A DNA stretch of 61,209 nt from Acholeplasmataceae bacterium (GTDB lineage Bacteria > Bacillota_I > Bacilli_A > ML615J-28 > CAG-698): contig JAAYBG010000005.1 in NCBI GenBank assembly GCA_012718985.1, positions 1 through 61,209 of the forward strand, read 5' to 3'. Every line of letters starts with the position of its first letter. Position 1 is the stretch's first letter. The position numbers were made by a program, and so were the translations under genes. Positions 54,164 through 61,209 of the stretch are shown here, piece after piece. The notes under the pieces are model-generated. The model did no database searches, was not told the DNA's origin, and saw only the letters and a program-made list of their open reading frames with translations.

Positions 54164-54652
54164 TTACACTTCTTTTTCTGCTACAGCTTTAACCGCACAC
54201 GCTAAGTTGCGAATTGGAGCTTGTAGAACACTCAACAACATTGCAAGCATACCTTGTTTGTTTGGTAATCCTGCAAACACTTTTAAATCCTTTGCATCCA
54301 TGAATTTGCCGTCAATAATTCCGCCTTTTACTTTCAGTTTATCGTTTTTCTTAGCAAAATCATAAATTATTTTCGATGCAATTGTGGCATCTTTCGAGAA
54401 AGCAACAGCGCTTGGCCCAACAAAATGCTCTTGAATACCCTCATAACCAGCTTCAGTAGCAGCACGACGAAGAATGTTATTCTTAATAACTTTCATTTCA
54501 ATACCTTCTTGATATAACTGATTACGTAGGTCAGAAACTTCAGCTACATTTAAACCAATTGGATTAACAAGAACAGCAGCGTTAGCATCTTGAAATCTTT
54601 TTAACGTTTCTTGGACTTGTTCAATTTTAATTTTTAATGTTGCTTCTTTCAT
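54164..54652 (-). CDS. rplJ: 50S ribosomal protein L10
   Basis: 162 aa upstream of rplL with a GGAGGTG SD and the L10 pattern (VSDLRNQLYQEGIEMKVIKNN). Confidence 0.95.
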   Translation of the reverse strand: MKEATLKIKIEQVQETLKRFQDANAAVLVNPIGLNVAEVSDLRNQLYQEGIEMKVIKNNILRRAATEAGYEGIQEHFVGPSAVAFSKDATIASKIIYDFAKKNDKLKVKGGIIDGKFMDAKDLKVFAGLPNKQGMLAMLLSVLQAPIRNLACAVKAVAEKEV

Positions 54653-54765
54653 TCTTTCACCTCCTGGAAAATAAAAACCTTTTTCAATAGACAGAAAAAG
54701 GTAAAAAAACTCTTTAACCTCGGTAGGAAATTAAGCATTTCTGCACCTACTGTCTACAGCAATTA
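54653..54765 (-). promoter_or_regulatory. ribosomal protein L10 leader with terminator/antiterminator (transcription attenuator)
   Basis: The minus strand has GTAGACAG ... CTGTCTAT long-range pairing enclosing GTAGG-[GCA-gaaa-TGC]-CCTAC. This competes with an ACCTTTTT-ctgtctattg-AAAAAGGT hairpin followed by TTTTATTTT, just before the rplJ SD. Confidence 0.6.
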
Positions 54766-54801
54766 AAACGTATTAACTATTTTATTATTTTTTTAGGTTG
54801 A

Positions 54802-55500
54802 TTAATTTAACATTGAGTCTAGAGCAACCTTAACTCCAGGCCCCATGGTTGTAGAAATGGCGACATTTTTAATATATACGCCTTTTACTGTAGCTGGTTT
54901 ATTCCTAACAAGCACTTGACAAATAGTCTTGATATTCTCAGCAAGTTTTTCATTATCGAAACTAGCTTTACCAACTAGTGCTTGAATATTACCTGTTTTA
55001 TCAACACGGTATTCAACCTTACCCGCTTTAATTTCAGCAACAGCTTTTTCTAAATCAGTAGTAACGGTACCGGTTTTTGCGTTTGGCATTAATCCTTTAG
55101 GACCTAAAATCTTACCTATTTTTCCTAATTCACCCATCATATCTGGGGTTGCAACGATGATGTCAAAATCAAACCATCCGCCTTTAATCTTCTCGATAAA
55201 CTCAGCATCGCCAACAAAGTCAGCTCCAGCATTTTGCGCTTCTTTTTGTTTATCAGGAATCTTAGTTAACACCAACACAGTACGAGTTTTCCCCGTTCCA
55301 TGTGGTAACACGATTGCTCCACGTAAATTTTGTTCTGCTTTACGAGGATCTAGGTTCATTTTAAAAGCCACTTCAACCGTACTATCAAATTTAGTAATAC
55401 TTGTCTTTTTAACCAATTCTACAGCTTCTTCGATTGGATAGCGCTTAGTTTTGTCAATTAACTTGGCAGCTTCCAAATACTTTTTGCCTCTTTTAGCCAT
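54802..55500 (-). CDS. rplA: 50S ribosomal protein L1
   Basis: [21 protein letters not shown] and GTVTTD, 232 aa. Confidence 0.98.
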   Translation of the reverse strand: MAKRGKKYLEAAKLIDKTKRYPIEEAVELVKKTSITKFDSTVEVAFKMNLDPRKAEQNLRGAIVLPHGTGKTRTVLVLTKIPDKQKEAQNAGADFVGDAEFIEKIKGGWFDFDIIVATPDMMGELGKIGKILGPKGLMPNAKTGTVTTDLEKAVAEIKAGKVEYRVDKTGNIQALVGKASFDNEKLAENIKTICQVLVRNKPATVKGVYIKNVAISTTMGPGVKVALDSMLN

Positions 55501-55517
55501 ATTTTTTTCCTCCTTAA

Positions 55518-55544
55518 ATGTGGTATAACGGAAATTCCTTCCAC
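55518..55544 (-). promoter_or_regulatory. L1-stalk rRNA mimic upstream of rplA (putative L1 autoregulatory site)
   Basis: The minus strand reads GUGG-AAGGAAUUUCCG-UUAUA-CCAC-AU, ending about 5 nt before AAGGAGG. It has the same frame as the element before rplK. Confidence 0.5.
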
Positions 55545-55602
55545 AGTTTAAGTTGTATTTATAACAACTTATTAGTAGTTTAGAAACTTCGTTGATTAGA
55601 TT

Positions 55603-56031
55603 TTACTTTTCAACAACAATTCCCATTTGTCTTGCGGTTCCTTCAATAATCTTTGCTCCTGCCTCTGGTGTATAAGCACTTAAATCATTCAATTTTGTCT
55701 TGGCAATTTCAAGCACTTTTTCATAAGGAACAGTTGCTACCTTAGTTCTCTTAGGATTTGATGAACCACTTTCAATTCCAGCAGCTTTCTTCAATAAGTC
55801 TGATGCTGGTGGAGTCTTTGTGACGAAAGTAAATGAACGATCTTCGTAAACAGTAACAATAACGGGAACTTTGTATCCAGCTAATTCCTTTGTCTTCTCG
55901 TTGAATTGAAGACAAAATTGTTGGGTATTAATACCTGTAGGTGATAATACTGGTCCAACTGGTGGAGCTGGAGTAGCTTTTCCTGCCGCCAATTGTAACT
56001 TAACGACTTTCGTAATTTTTTTCGCAGCCAC
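55603..56031 (-). CDS. rplK: 50S ribosomal protein L11
   Basis: (V)[26 protein letters not shown] from GTG 56031, with AAGGAGGTG 6 nt upstream, gives 142 aa. The track ORF extends to 56154 through the promoter and leader and is not credible. Confidence 0.96.
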   Translation of the reverse strand: MAAKKITKVVKLQLAAGKATPAPPVGPVLSPTGINTQQFCLQFNEKTKELAGYKVPVIVTVYEDRSFTFVTKTPPASDLLKKAAGIESGSSNPKRTKVATVPYEKVLEIAKTKLNDLSAYTPEAGAKIIEGTARQMGIVVEK

Positions 56032-56056
56032 GAGACGCACCTCCTTTTTGTCCGTG

Positions 56057-56085
56057 ATGTGGTATAAAGAGCTTTGCTCTCCCAC
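56057..56085 (-). promoter_or_regulatory. L1-stalk rRNA mimic in the rplK leader (putative L1 autoregulatory site)
   Basis: The minus strand reads GUGGGAG-AGCaaaGCU-CUUUAUACCAC-AU. GUGGGAG and AUACCAC match the two strands at the base of the 23S rRNA L1 stalk as I recall the E. coli sequence (GGUGGGAGGC...GAAAUACCACCC). Confidence 0.55.
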
Positions 56086-56125
56086 TGATGATAAAATAGT
56101 ATACGTGTTTAACGCACGCTGAATT

Positions 56126-56154
56126 ATTATACTACATTTCTCAAATGAAGTCAA
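56126..56154 (-). promoter_or_regulatory. sigma-A type promoter for rplK-rplA-rplJ-rplL
   Basis: The minus strand reads TTGACT, a 17-nt spacer, then TATAAT, immediately after the stop of the upstream EEP gene. Confidence 0.7.
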
Positions 56155-56155
56155 T

Positions 56156-56878
56156 TCATTTTTTATCTTTTATTCTAACGATTGCAGTATGAGGAAAATG
56201 ATCTGAAGCGACTATTTCTGGTATTTCCGCTCTTACAATCTCAATAAACTCATTACCAAAAATATAATCAATTTTTCGCTCTGGATTTACAGAAGGAAAA
56301 CTAAGTTTATTTCCTTTTAATTTAACACTTACATCTGTTAGATATTCCTCAATCTGTTTAATCTTTTCATCTTCAGGTGTCATGTTTAAATCCCCCATAA
56401 AGATACAAGGTCCTTCTATTTTTTTCAATTCTTCAATAAGAGTTCTAGTTGCATTCCTTTGTTCACTTTGAGCTAAACCAAAATGAGATATTAATACCGT
56501 TAGATTTAGTTCAACAATTTTCGCTTTTATGATACAGCGTGTTTCATAACAAAGCACTTTTTCATCTTTAATTTCAGGATCCGGAATGAGTATTGTTTCC
56601 ATTTCTGTAAGGGGAAAACGAGAAACAAGGGCATTTCCATATGGCCCCTGAGGCAAGTCAATCGCCTTACCAAAATAATAATAAAAGCCCAAATCTTCTC
56701 CGATTATTTGTGCTTGTTCTTGATAATCAACGTGGGCTCCTTTTCCCCTTACTTCATTTAATCCAATAATATCCGCTTGTTGGTTACGAATTACATCAGC
56801 CATCATAGGAAGATTAATATCGCGCTTGATAAAATCTCGCCCATGTTGGATATTAAATGTCATTACTTTTATTTGCAT
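56156..56878 (-). CDS. endonuclease/exonuclease/phosphatase (EEP) family protein
   Basis: [19 protein letters not shown] and SDHFP are the EEP catalytic motifs. No signal peptide. The start is probably ATG 56878 (MQIKVMTFN), because the track start at 56923 lies inside an intergenic hairpin. Confidence 0.8.
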   Translation of the reverse strand: MQIKVMTFNIQHGRDFIKRDINLPMMADVIRNQQADIIGLNEVRGKGAHVDYQEQAQIIGEDLGFYYYFGKAIDLPQGPYGNALVSRFPLTEMETILIPDPEIKDEKVLCYETRCIIKAKIVELNLTVLISHFGLAQSEQRNATRTLIEELKKIEGPCIFMGDLNMTPEDEKIKQIEEYLTDVSVKLKGNKLSFPSVNPERKIDYIFGNEFIEIVRAEIPEIVASDHFPHTAIVRIKDKK

Positions 56879-56903
56879 ATACAATTTAACCCTTCCTCTA
56901 GTA

Positions 56904-56936
56904 AAATCCATTCCTATAAACACTAGGAATGGATTT
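56904..56936 (-). other. perfect 12-bp stem-loop between the serine-hydrolase and EEP genes (weak terminator or processing/stability element)
   Basis: AAATCCATTCCT-9 nt-AGGAATGGATTT. Only a short U tract follows it on the minus-strand transcript. Confidence 0.6.
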
Positions 56937-56949
56937 ATTTATTTATTAT

Positions 56950-58677
56950 TTATTTCTTCTTTTTACTGAAGATATTTTTTATTGATGTTCCTAATTTATC
57001 CAGTTTACTTCGACGCAAGAAAGTTTTAAAACTACTTTCACGAACAAATTTACTTCCCATATATGTCAACATTTTATTACCGATAAAAACTGTTTCTGAA
57101 GTGCCACGACCATACCCTAAGATGATGGCTTCAGTTTCGTTTACTGTTCCTAATACATGGATTCGATTTCTCGCCATGCCTCCGCTTAATTTAGCCATCA
57201 AAAATTGATCTTTAATAAATAGTTTTATCCTATTCGCCACACTGCGTTTAGGATCTGTAAGGCTTGCATAGCGGCCACAAGCCATTAGCCAAGTAGGTAA
57301 AATGTCGAAAGGTTTTACTTTAACACCCATACTTTGAATATCACATTGACCATTTTTATAATTTCTTTTTAATGTTAGGATATCTTTTTCGATTTTTATT
57401 TCAAAGTGTTTTAATGCTTGACCGAAGAAAATAGAACACCCTTTTGGCTTTAAATCAAACCAATTATTGTTTTTCAAGAACATTTTCATACGGATAAATC
57501 CTACCTTTAGATACAAAGACTTCTTATAAAAAATGTAAAACGGTCTTATTAAGGTTGGATAGATACCCGTATATTCTTCTACTCTAAAAGTACAATATGT
57601 CTTTTTTGTTTTTCTAACCACTGGTTTCTTAAATCCTTTTTCTTGTAAGAAAACTTCCAATAGTGAAGGAAATACTCTGCGAATGAAATTAGCTCCATTT
57701 GTTGAGTTAGTTAGCATAACAGCAGCTATTCCTTGTTCTGGTATAAATACCATTTGGGAAAAATGAAAGATAGTTCCCCCTGAATGACCTATTACATCAC
57801 CCATGCCTGGAAATTGATATTGGTTAAACGCCAGTCCCAATCCCATTTTATATCCTTCTTCATCCGCAAAATCTGGTTTTTCTAACATCATTGCCACGGT
57901 TTCTGTTTTTAAAATTCGCTTGCTACCAAGTCGGCCTCCATTTAAAAACATCTGAGCAATTTTAATGCAATCAATTGCACTCATATAAGTATTAGAACCT
58001 GCAGGAATAATAGTGCTGACATAATCTTCTTTTTCTTCTCCTAAGCTATTATAAGAGCGTGATAATTCATACTTATGTTGGCGGAAATCTTCAGGAGAGC
58101 AAATAAAATTTGCTTCTATTCCTAAAGGATTAAAGATGTTCCTTTGTACATAATCGATGTATTTTTTCTTACTTACTCGTTCAATCACAATTCCTAACAA
58201 CGTATAACCTAAGTTCGAATAAGCAAGCATCTTTCCTGGAGGAGCAATTAAGTATTGATTAGCTAAATAACCGATAATATCATTATAGTCTTTCATTTCT
58301 TTCGCAAGCATAATCTCAAAATTATCGCTTGGAATACCAGAACGATGGGTTAATATATTTCTTATCGTGATTTTATAATTATCAAACCTGTTTTTTATTG
58401 TGAATTCAGGAATATATTCACGAATATCTGCATCTAAATGAATTAACTCTTCTTCCACCAATTGCATAATGGATATCGCAGTTAAGACTTTTGTGATAGA
58501 ACCGATTTTAAATTTAGTGGCATCATCTACATTTCTTTCTCCATAGAAATCAGCAAAGCCATTATGTTCAGAAAATAATATTTTTGAGGAATCAGCGACA
58601 ACAATGCTCGCTCCTTTAACACGATATCTTTCTTGTAATTTTACAATTTTACTTAAAATATTGTTGTAATCAGCCAT
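56950..58677 (-). CDS. beta-lactamase-fold serine hydrolase (class C / PBP4*-/EstB-like) with a ~230-aa C-terminal extension, cytoplasmic
   Basis: SxxK (GSITKVL), YxN (AYSNLGY) and HxG (GHSGGT) motifs. No signal peptide. The C-terminal beta-rich region is unassigned. Confidence 0.8.
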   Translation of the reverse strand: MADYNNILSKIVKLQERYRVKGASIVVADSSKILFSEHNGFADFYGERNVDDATKFKIGSITKVLTAISIMQLVEEELIHLDADIREYIPEFTIKNRFDNYKITIRNILTHRSGIPSDNFEIMLAKEMKDYNDIIGYLANQYLIAPPGKMLAYSNLGYTLLGIVIERVSKKKYIDYVQRNIFNPLGIEANFICSPEDFRQHKYELSRSYNSLGEEKEDYVSTIIPAGSNTYMSAIDCIKIAQMFLNGGRLGSKRILKTETVAMMLEKPDFADEEGYKMGLGLAFNQYQFPGMGDVIGHSGGTIFHFSQMVFIPEQGIAAVMLTNSTNGANFIRRVFPSLLEVFLQEKGFKKPVVRKTKKTYCTFRVEEYTGIYPTLIRPFYIFYKKSLYLKVGFIRMKMFLKNNNWFDLKPKGCSIFFGQALKHFEIKIEKDILTLKRNYKNGQCDIQSMGVKVKPFDILPTWLMACGRYASLTDPKRSVANRIKLFIKDQFLMAKLSGGMARNRIHVLGTVNETEAIILGYGRGTSETVFIGNKMLTYMGSKFVRESSFKTFLRRSKLDKLGTSIKNIFSKKKK

Positions 58678-58701
58678 TTGAATATCTCCTTCAATAAAGA
58701 T

Positions 58702-58730
58702 ATAATACTACTTTTTGATAAAAATTGCAA
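58702..58730 (-). promoter_or_regulatory. sigma-A type promoter for the serine-hydrolase/EEP pair
   Basis: The minus strand reads TTGCAA, a 17-nt spacer, then TATTAT. Confidence 0.5.
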
Positions 58731-58743
58731 TCCTTTATCATCA

Positions 58744-58772
58744 ATAAAAAATCTCTAGATAACTAGAGATTT
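58744..58772 (-). terminator. terminator after nusG
   Basis: The minus strand reads AAATCTCTAG-ttat-CTAGAGATTT followed by TTTATT. Confidence 0.8.
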
Positions 58773-58778
58773 AATTTT

Positions 58779-59321
58779 TTATAAAAGTAACACTTCATTA
58801 AACGTTAATTCTGTTGGTGTTGCCCGACCAAAAGCGTAAATTAAAACCGTTAGTGTTCCTTTTTGGTAATCGATAGTATCAATTACACCTTCTTGACCAG
58901 TAAATGTTCCCGCTCCAATTCTCACCTTGTCACCGACCTTACCAGCAAATGTCTTTTCTGTTGTAATGCCACAAAGTTTTAAAATAGGGGCGATTTCTTC
59001 TTCAGGTAGAGGAACAGGTTTTGCCCCACCTCCAGAAGAACCAAGAAAACCGGTAACCATTGGTGTATTTCTAACCATAAACCATGATTCATCGGTAACA
59101 ATCATATCAATAAAAACATACCCAGGAAATGGTTTTACAAAAACTTCTTTTAATTCGCCGTTTTTCTTTTTTTCTATAATTTTTTCTTCAGGAACTAAGA
59201 CGTTGAAAACCAAATCGCTCATTCCCATCGATTCTACTCTTCGTTCAAGATTCTTCTTAGCGGCATTTTCTAATCCTGAATAGGTTTGTACTATATACCA
59301 TGCGCGTTCTTCCATTGTCAT
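58779..59321 (-). CDS. nusG: transcription termination/antitermination factor NusG
   Basis: ERAWYIVQTYSGLENAAKKNLERRV NGN domain and a C-terminal KOW (GDKVRIGAGTFTGQEGVI). The start may be ATG 59315. Confidence 0.96.
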   Translation of the reverse strand: MTMEERAWYIVQTYSGLENAAKKNLERRVESMGMSDLVFNVLVPEEKIIEKKKNGELKEVFVKPFPGYVFIDMIVTDESWFMVRNTPMVTGFLGSSGGGAKPVPLPEEEIAPILKLCGITTEKTFAGKVGDKVRIGAGTFTGQEGVIDTIDYQKGTLTVLIYAFGRATPTELTFNEVLLL

Positions 59322-59327
59322 GCCTTA

Positions 59328-59768
59328 TTATAGTTTATTAGATAGCCATCCGAATAATTCGACAACATATCCGAAAATCCAATCAGAAAAAATAAAGAAT
59401 ATTGATAATACTAGAATAAAAGCAAAAACTGTTGCCGTATTCTTTAATAATGTTCCACGATTAGGCCATGACACTCTTTTTATTTCACTGATAGAAGGTT
59501 TATAAAATGGCCATGCAGCTAATACTAGGGAAACAGCACCAAGAATAATTAAAATCCAAGCAAACGCTTTTGGGTAATCACCAATTAAGAAAATATCCTT
59601 ATTGATTACTAAACCACTTGCCCCTTGACTTGTTTCGCCAATTAATACCATTGTTCCTAAAACAAGAGCAATCAGCGATAACGCCAATAAAATAATTCCT
59701 TCGTACTTATATTCTTTTGTAAATATGGACAAAATTCCATTATTATTTTTTTCTTTTTTCTCAGCCAT
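59328..59768 (-). CDS. secE: preprotein translocase subunit SecE, long three-TM form
   Basis: The C-terminal SEIKRVSWPNRGTLLKNTATVFAFILVLSIFFIF is the SecE core. It is preceded by two further hydrophobic segments. It sits in rpmG-secE-nusG order. Confidence 0.85.
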   Translation of the reverse strand: MAEKKEKNNNGILSIFTKEYKYEGIILLALSLIALVLGTMVLIGETSQGASGLVINKDIFLIGDYPKAFAWILIILGAVSLVLAAWPFYKPSISEIKRVSWPNRGTLLKNTATVFAFILVLSIFFIFSDWIFGYVVELFGWLSNKL

Positions 59769-59782
59769 ATGAGTTCTTCCTC

Positions 59783-59932
59783 CTACTTTGTTTCCTTGTG
59801 AACTGTATGCTTATTGCATTTCTTACAAAATTTCTTAATAATCATTCGATTAGGATTAGTTAGTTTATTTCGATTAACAGTATAGTTACGTGACAAACAC
59901 TCTTCACATACCAAAATTACTTTCTCTCTCAT
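59783..59932 (-). CDS. rpmG: 50S ribosomal protein L33
   Basis: Below the track cutoff. My translation is [49 protein letters not shown], with the CxxC...CxxC zinc ribbon and the L33 pattern. Confidence 0.93.
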   Translation of the reverse strand: MREKVILVCEECLSRNYTVNRNKLTNPNRMIIKKFCKKCNKHTVHKETK

Positions 59933-60006
59933 AGCCTTCCCTTTCCAAAACTACCTATTATTTTACCAAAATATGATATCATTGTCAAGAAATAAATCGG
60001 TATTTT

Positions 60007-60549
60007 CTACGATCGATTGCTATGAGTTATCACTCGACGAATTTTTTTCTTCGCCCGATAAATAGCATTATAAATTTTTCTTTCATCACAGAGAATTTCC
60101 TTTGCTATCTGAGAAATATCTTTTTTACTTTCATACATCATTTCAAAAACTTGCTTTTCCAGTGCGGTTAAACCTACTTTCCAATTTTCTTCAATTTTAA
60201 AGGTTGTTTCTTTGACCTCTGATAGCAAATAATCCATGTTATCTTGAATGACAACATGATAAAAATATTTACTTTCCCGTGTGAGAATTTCTCTAATTTT
60301 TCTTTGCAAGATTAAATCAAAATATTTATTAAATGTCTTTCTTTCGTAGATGTCATAGGTTTCAATGGCAATCTTCAACATAATCAATCCCTCTTGAAAG
60401 AAATCATCATAGTTTTTACTTTTTATATGAAAGTCTCTAATTCTTGTTCTAATTAAAGACTCATATTTTTTAAACATCAGTTCCAATGCTTCATCTTGTT
60501 TTTCATAGATTAAATATAACAATTCATAATCGTTATATTTATAAATCAT
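60007..60549 (-). CDS. sigma-70 family RNA polymerase sigma factor, SigH-like by position
   Basis: 180 aa with region 2-like (FQEGLIMLKIAIETYD) and region 4-like HTH (DISQIAKEILCDERKIYNAIYRAKKKI) segments. It lies between rlmB and rpmG, where Bacillus has sigH. Confidence 0.65.
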   Translation of the reverse strand: MIYKYNDYELLYLIYEKQDEALELMFKKYESLIRTRIRDFHIKSKNYDDFFQEGLIMLKIAIETYDIYERKTFNKYFDLILQRKIREILTRESKYFYHVVIQDNMDYLLSEVKETTFKIEENWKVGLTALEKQVFEMMYESKKDISQIAKEILCDERKIYNAIYRAKKKIRRVITHSNRS

Positions 60550-61209
60550 TATTTTTGTTGTCTCCTTATTTCATAAATCATTATTCCTGTACTTACAGAG
60601 GCATTTAAAGAGTTAATTTTTCCCTGCATTGGAATCTCTACAAGAAAGTCGCATTCTTCTTTTACAAGTCTAGAAATTCCTTTTCCTTCCGAACCAATCA
60701 CCAAAACAATGGGCATATCGTATTTTAATTCCCAGATATTGCTACTTTTTGAACTTCTTTCAGCGCCGATAATCCAATATCCTTTGTTCTTCAATTGTTT
60801 TAGAGTTTGCGTTAAATTAACCACTTCAACAACTTTTACATATTCAATCGCTCCTGTTGATACTTTTGCTACCGTGCTGTTCAGTTTCACACTTCTCTTT
60901 TTAGGAAGAATTACCCCATCTATTCCAGCTGCTTCACAAGTCCTGAGAATTGCTCCTAAATTATGAGGGTCCTCTAAACCATCAAGTGCAACAATCAACG
61001 AGTTTTTATCTTCTTTCACAATATCAGATAATGAATAGTAATGATAATCTTTCACTAAGGCAACCACTCCTTGATGATTTCCTGATACCATTTTGTTCAT
61101 TTCACTTGAAGTAATAACGGTATACTTTATATGATACTTTTTAGCCAAGGAAACAAACTCCATATTCTTATCAAGAACATAAATTTCTTCGATTCTGCTT
61201 GGATTGTTA
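60549..61209 (-). CDS. rlmB: SpoU/TrmH-family 23S rRNA 2'-O-ribose methyltransferase (RlmB/YacO-like), 5' end beyond the right edge
   Basis: SpoU motifs LDGLEDPHNLGAILRT, VIGSEGKGIS and IPMQGKINSLNASV. The reading frame stays open upstream of the track ATG to the window edge (..NNPSRIEEIYVLDKN-MEF). Confidence 0.85.
   Translation of the reverse strand, partial: NNPSRIEEIYVLDKNMEFVSLAKKYHIKYTVITSSEMNKMVSGNHQGVVALVKDYHYYSLSDIVKEDKNSLIVALDGLEDPHNLGAILRTCEAAGIDGVILPKKRSVKLNSTVAKVSTGAIEYVKVVEVVNLTQTLKQLKNKGYWIIGAERSSKSSNIWELKYDMPIVLVIGSEGKGISRLVKEECDFLVEIPMQGKINSLNASVSTGIMIYEIRRQQK

Noticed and set aside
56032-56154. The N-terminal extension of the rplK ORF in the track (183 aa). Similar extensions occur for rpsL (44528-44557), rsgA (12780-12818), gmk (1633-1644) and the EEP gene (56879-56923).
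   Set aside because: The extensions run through promoters, leaders or hairpins or overlap upstream genes. Canonical N-termini with good SD sequences occur at the internal starts.

Overview
This is an AT-rich, tightly packed stretch of core chromosome from a low-GC Gram-positive-lineage bacterium (Bacillota, possibly Erysipelotrichia- or Acholeplasma-like). I cannot place it more precisely without a database search. The standard genetic code applies: long ORFs such as the 1215-aa rpoC are intact with UGA as stop.

I call about 60 protein genes, all but five on the minus strand. I saw no rRNA, tRNA, CRISPR array or recognisable mobile element. All gene identities come from motifs and recalled gene order, not from searches.

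Gene order echoes blocks I recall from Bacillus subtilis, written here in minus-strand transcription order:
- rlmB-sigH-rpmG-secE-nusG-[2 inserted genes]-rplK-rplA-rplJ-rplL-MTase-rpoB-rpoC-[1 inserted gene]-rpsL-rpsG-fusA-tuf
- ftsY-ylxM-ffh
- ruvB-queA-tgt
- gpmI-eno
- rsmB-rlmN-rsgA-rpe-thiN, then rpmB on the plus strand, then yloV-recG-plsX-rnc, dnaD-nth and gmk-rpoZ-priA

Regulatory elements readable from the sequence:
- a THF riboswitch in front of a folT-type ECF S-component
- an L10-leader attenuator
- two copies of an L1-stalk rRNA mimic, one before rplK and one before rplA
- many near-consensus sigma-A promoters with exactly 17-bp spacers
- rho-independent terminators

Things worth a second look:
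- rpoB is split into two ORFs by a single-nucleotide frame change at a CAAAG run.
- A 579-aa all-helical orphan protein is fused transcriptionally to the SRP operon.
- A two-gene accessory insert (cytoplasmic beta-lactamase-fold serine hydrolase plus EEP-family nuclease/phosphatase) sits between nusG and rplK.
- An E2/CAT-fold acyltransferase-like gene with the catalytic His replaced by Glu sits between rpoC and rpsL.
- A four-domain CoA-disulfide-reductase/rhodanese/TusA/DsrE fusion is preceded by a TGTGA-N5-TCACA palindrome.
- A roughly 300-nt noncoding island carries direct repeats and C-rich (CCCCUUUG) motifs, next to a 45-codon lysine-rich microprotein gene.

No defence-, toxin- or phage-like system is evident. 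The novelty candidates are orphan genes embedded in otherwise conserved operons.
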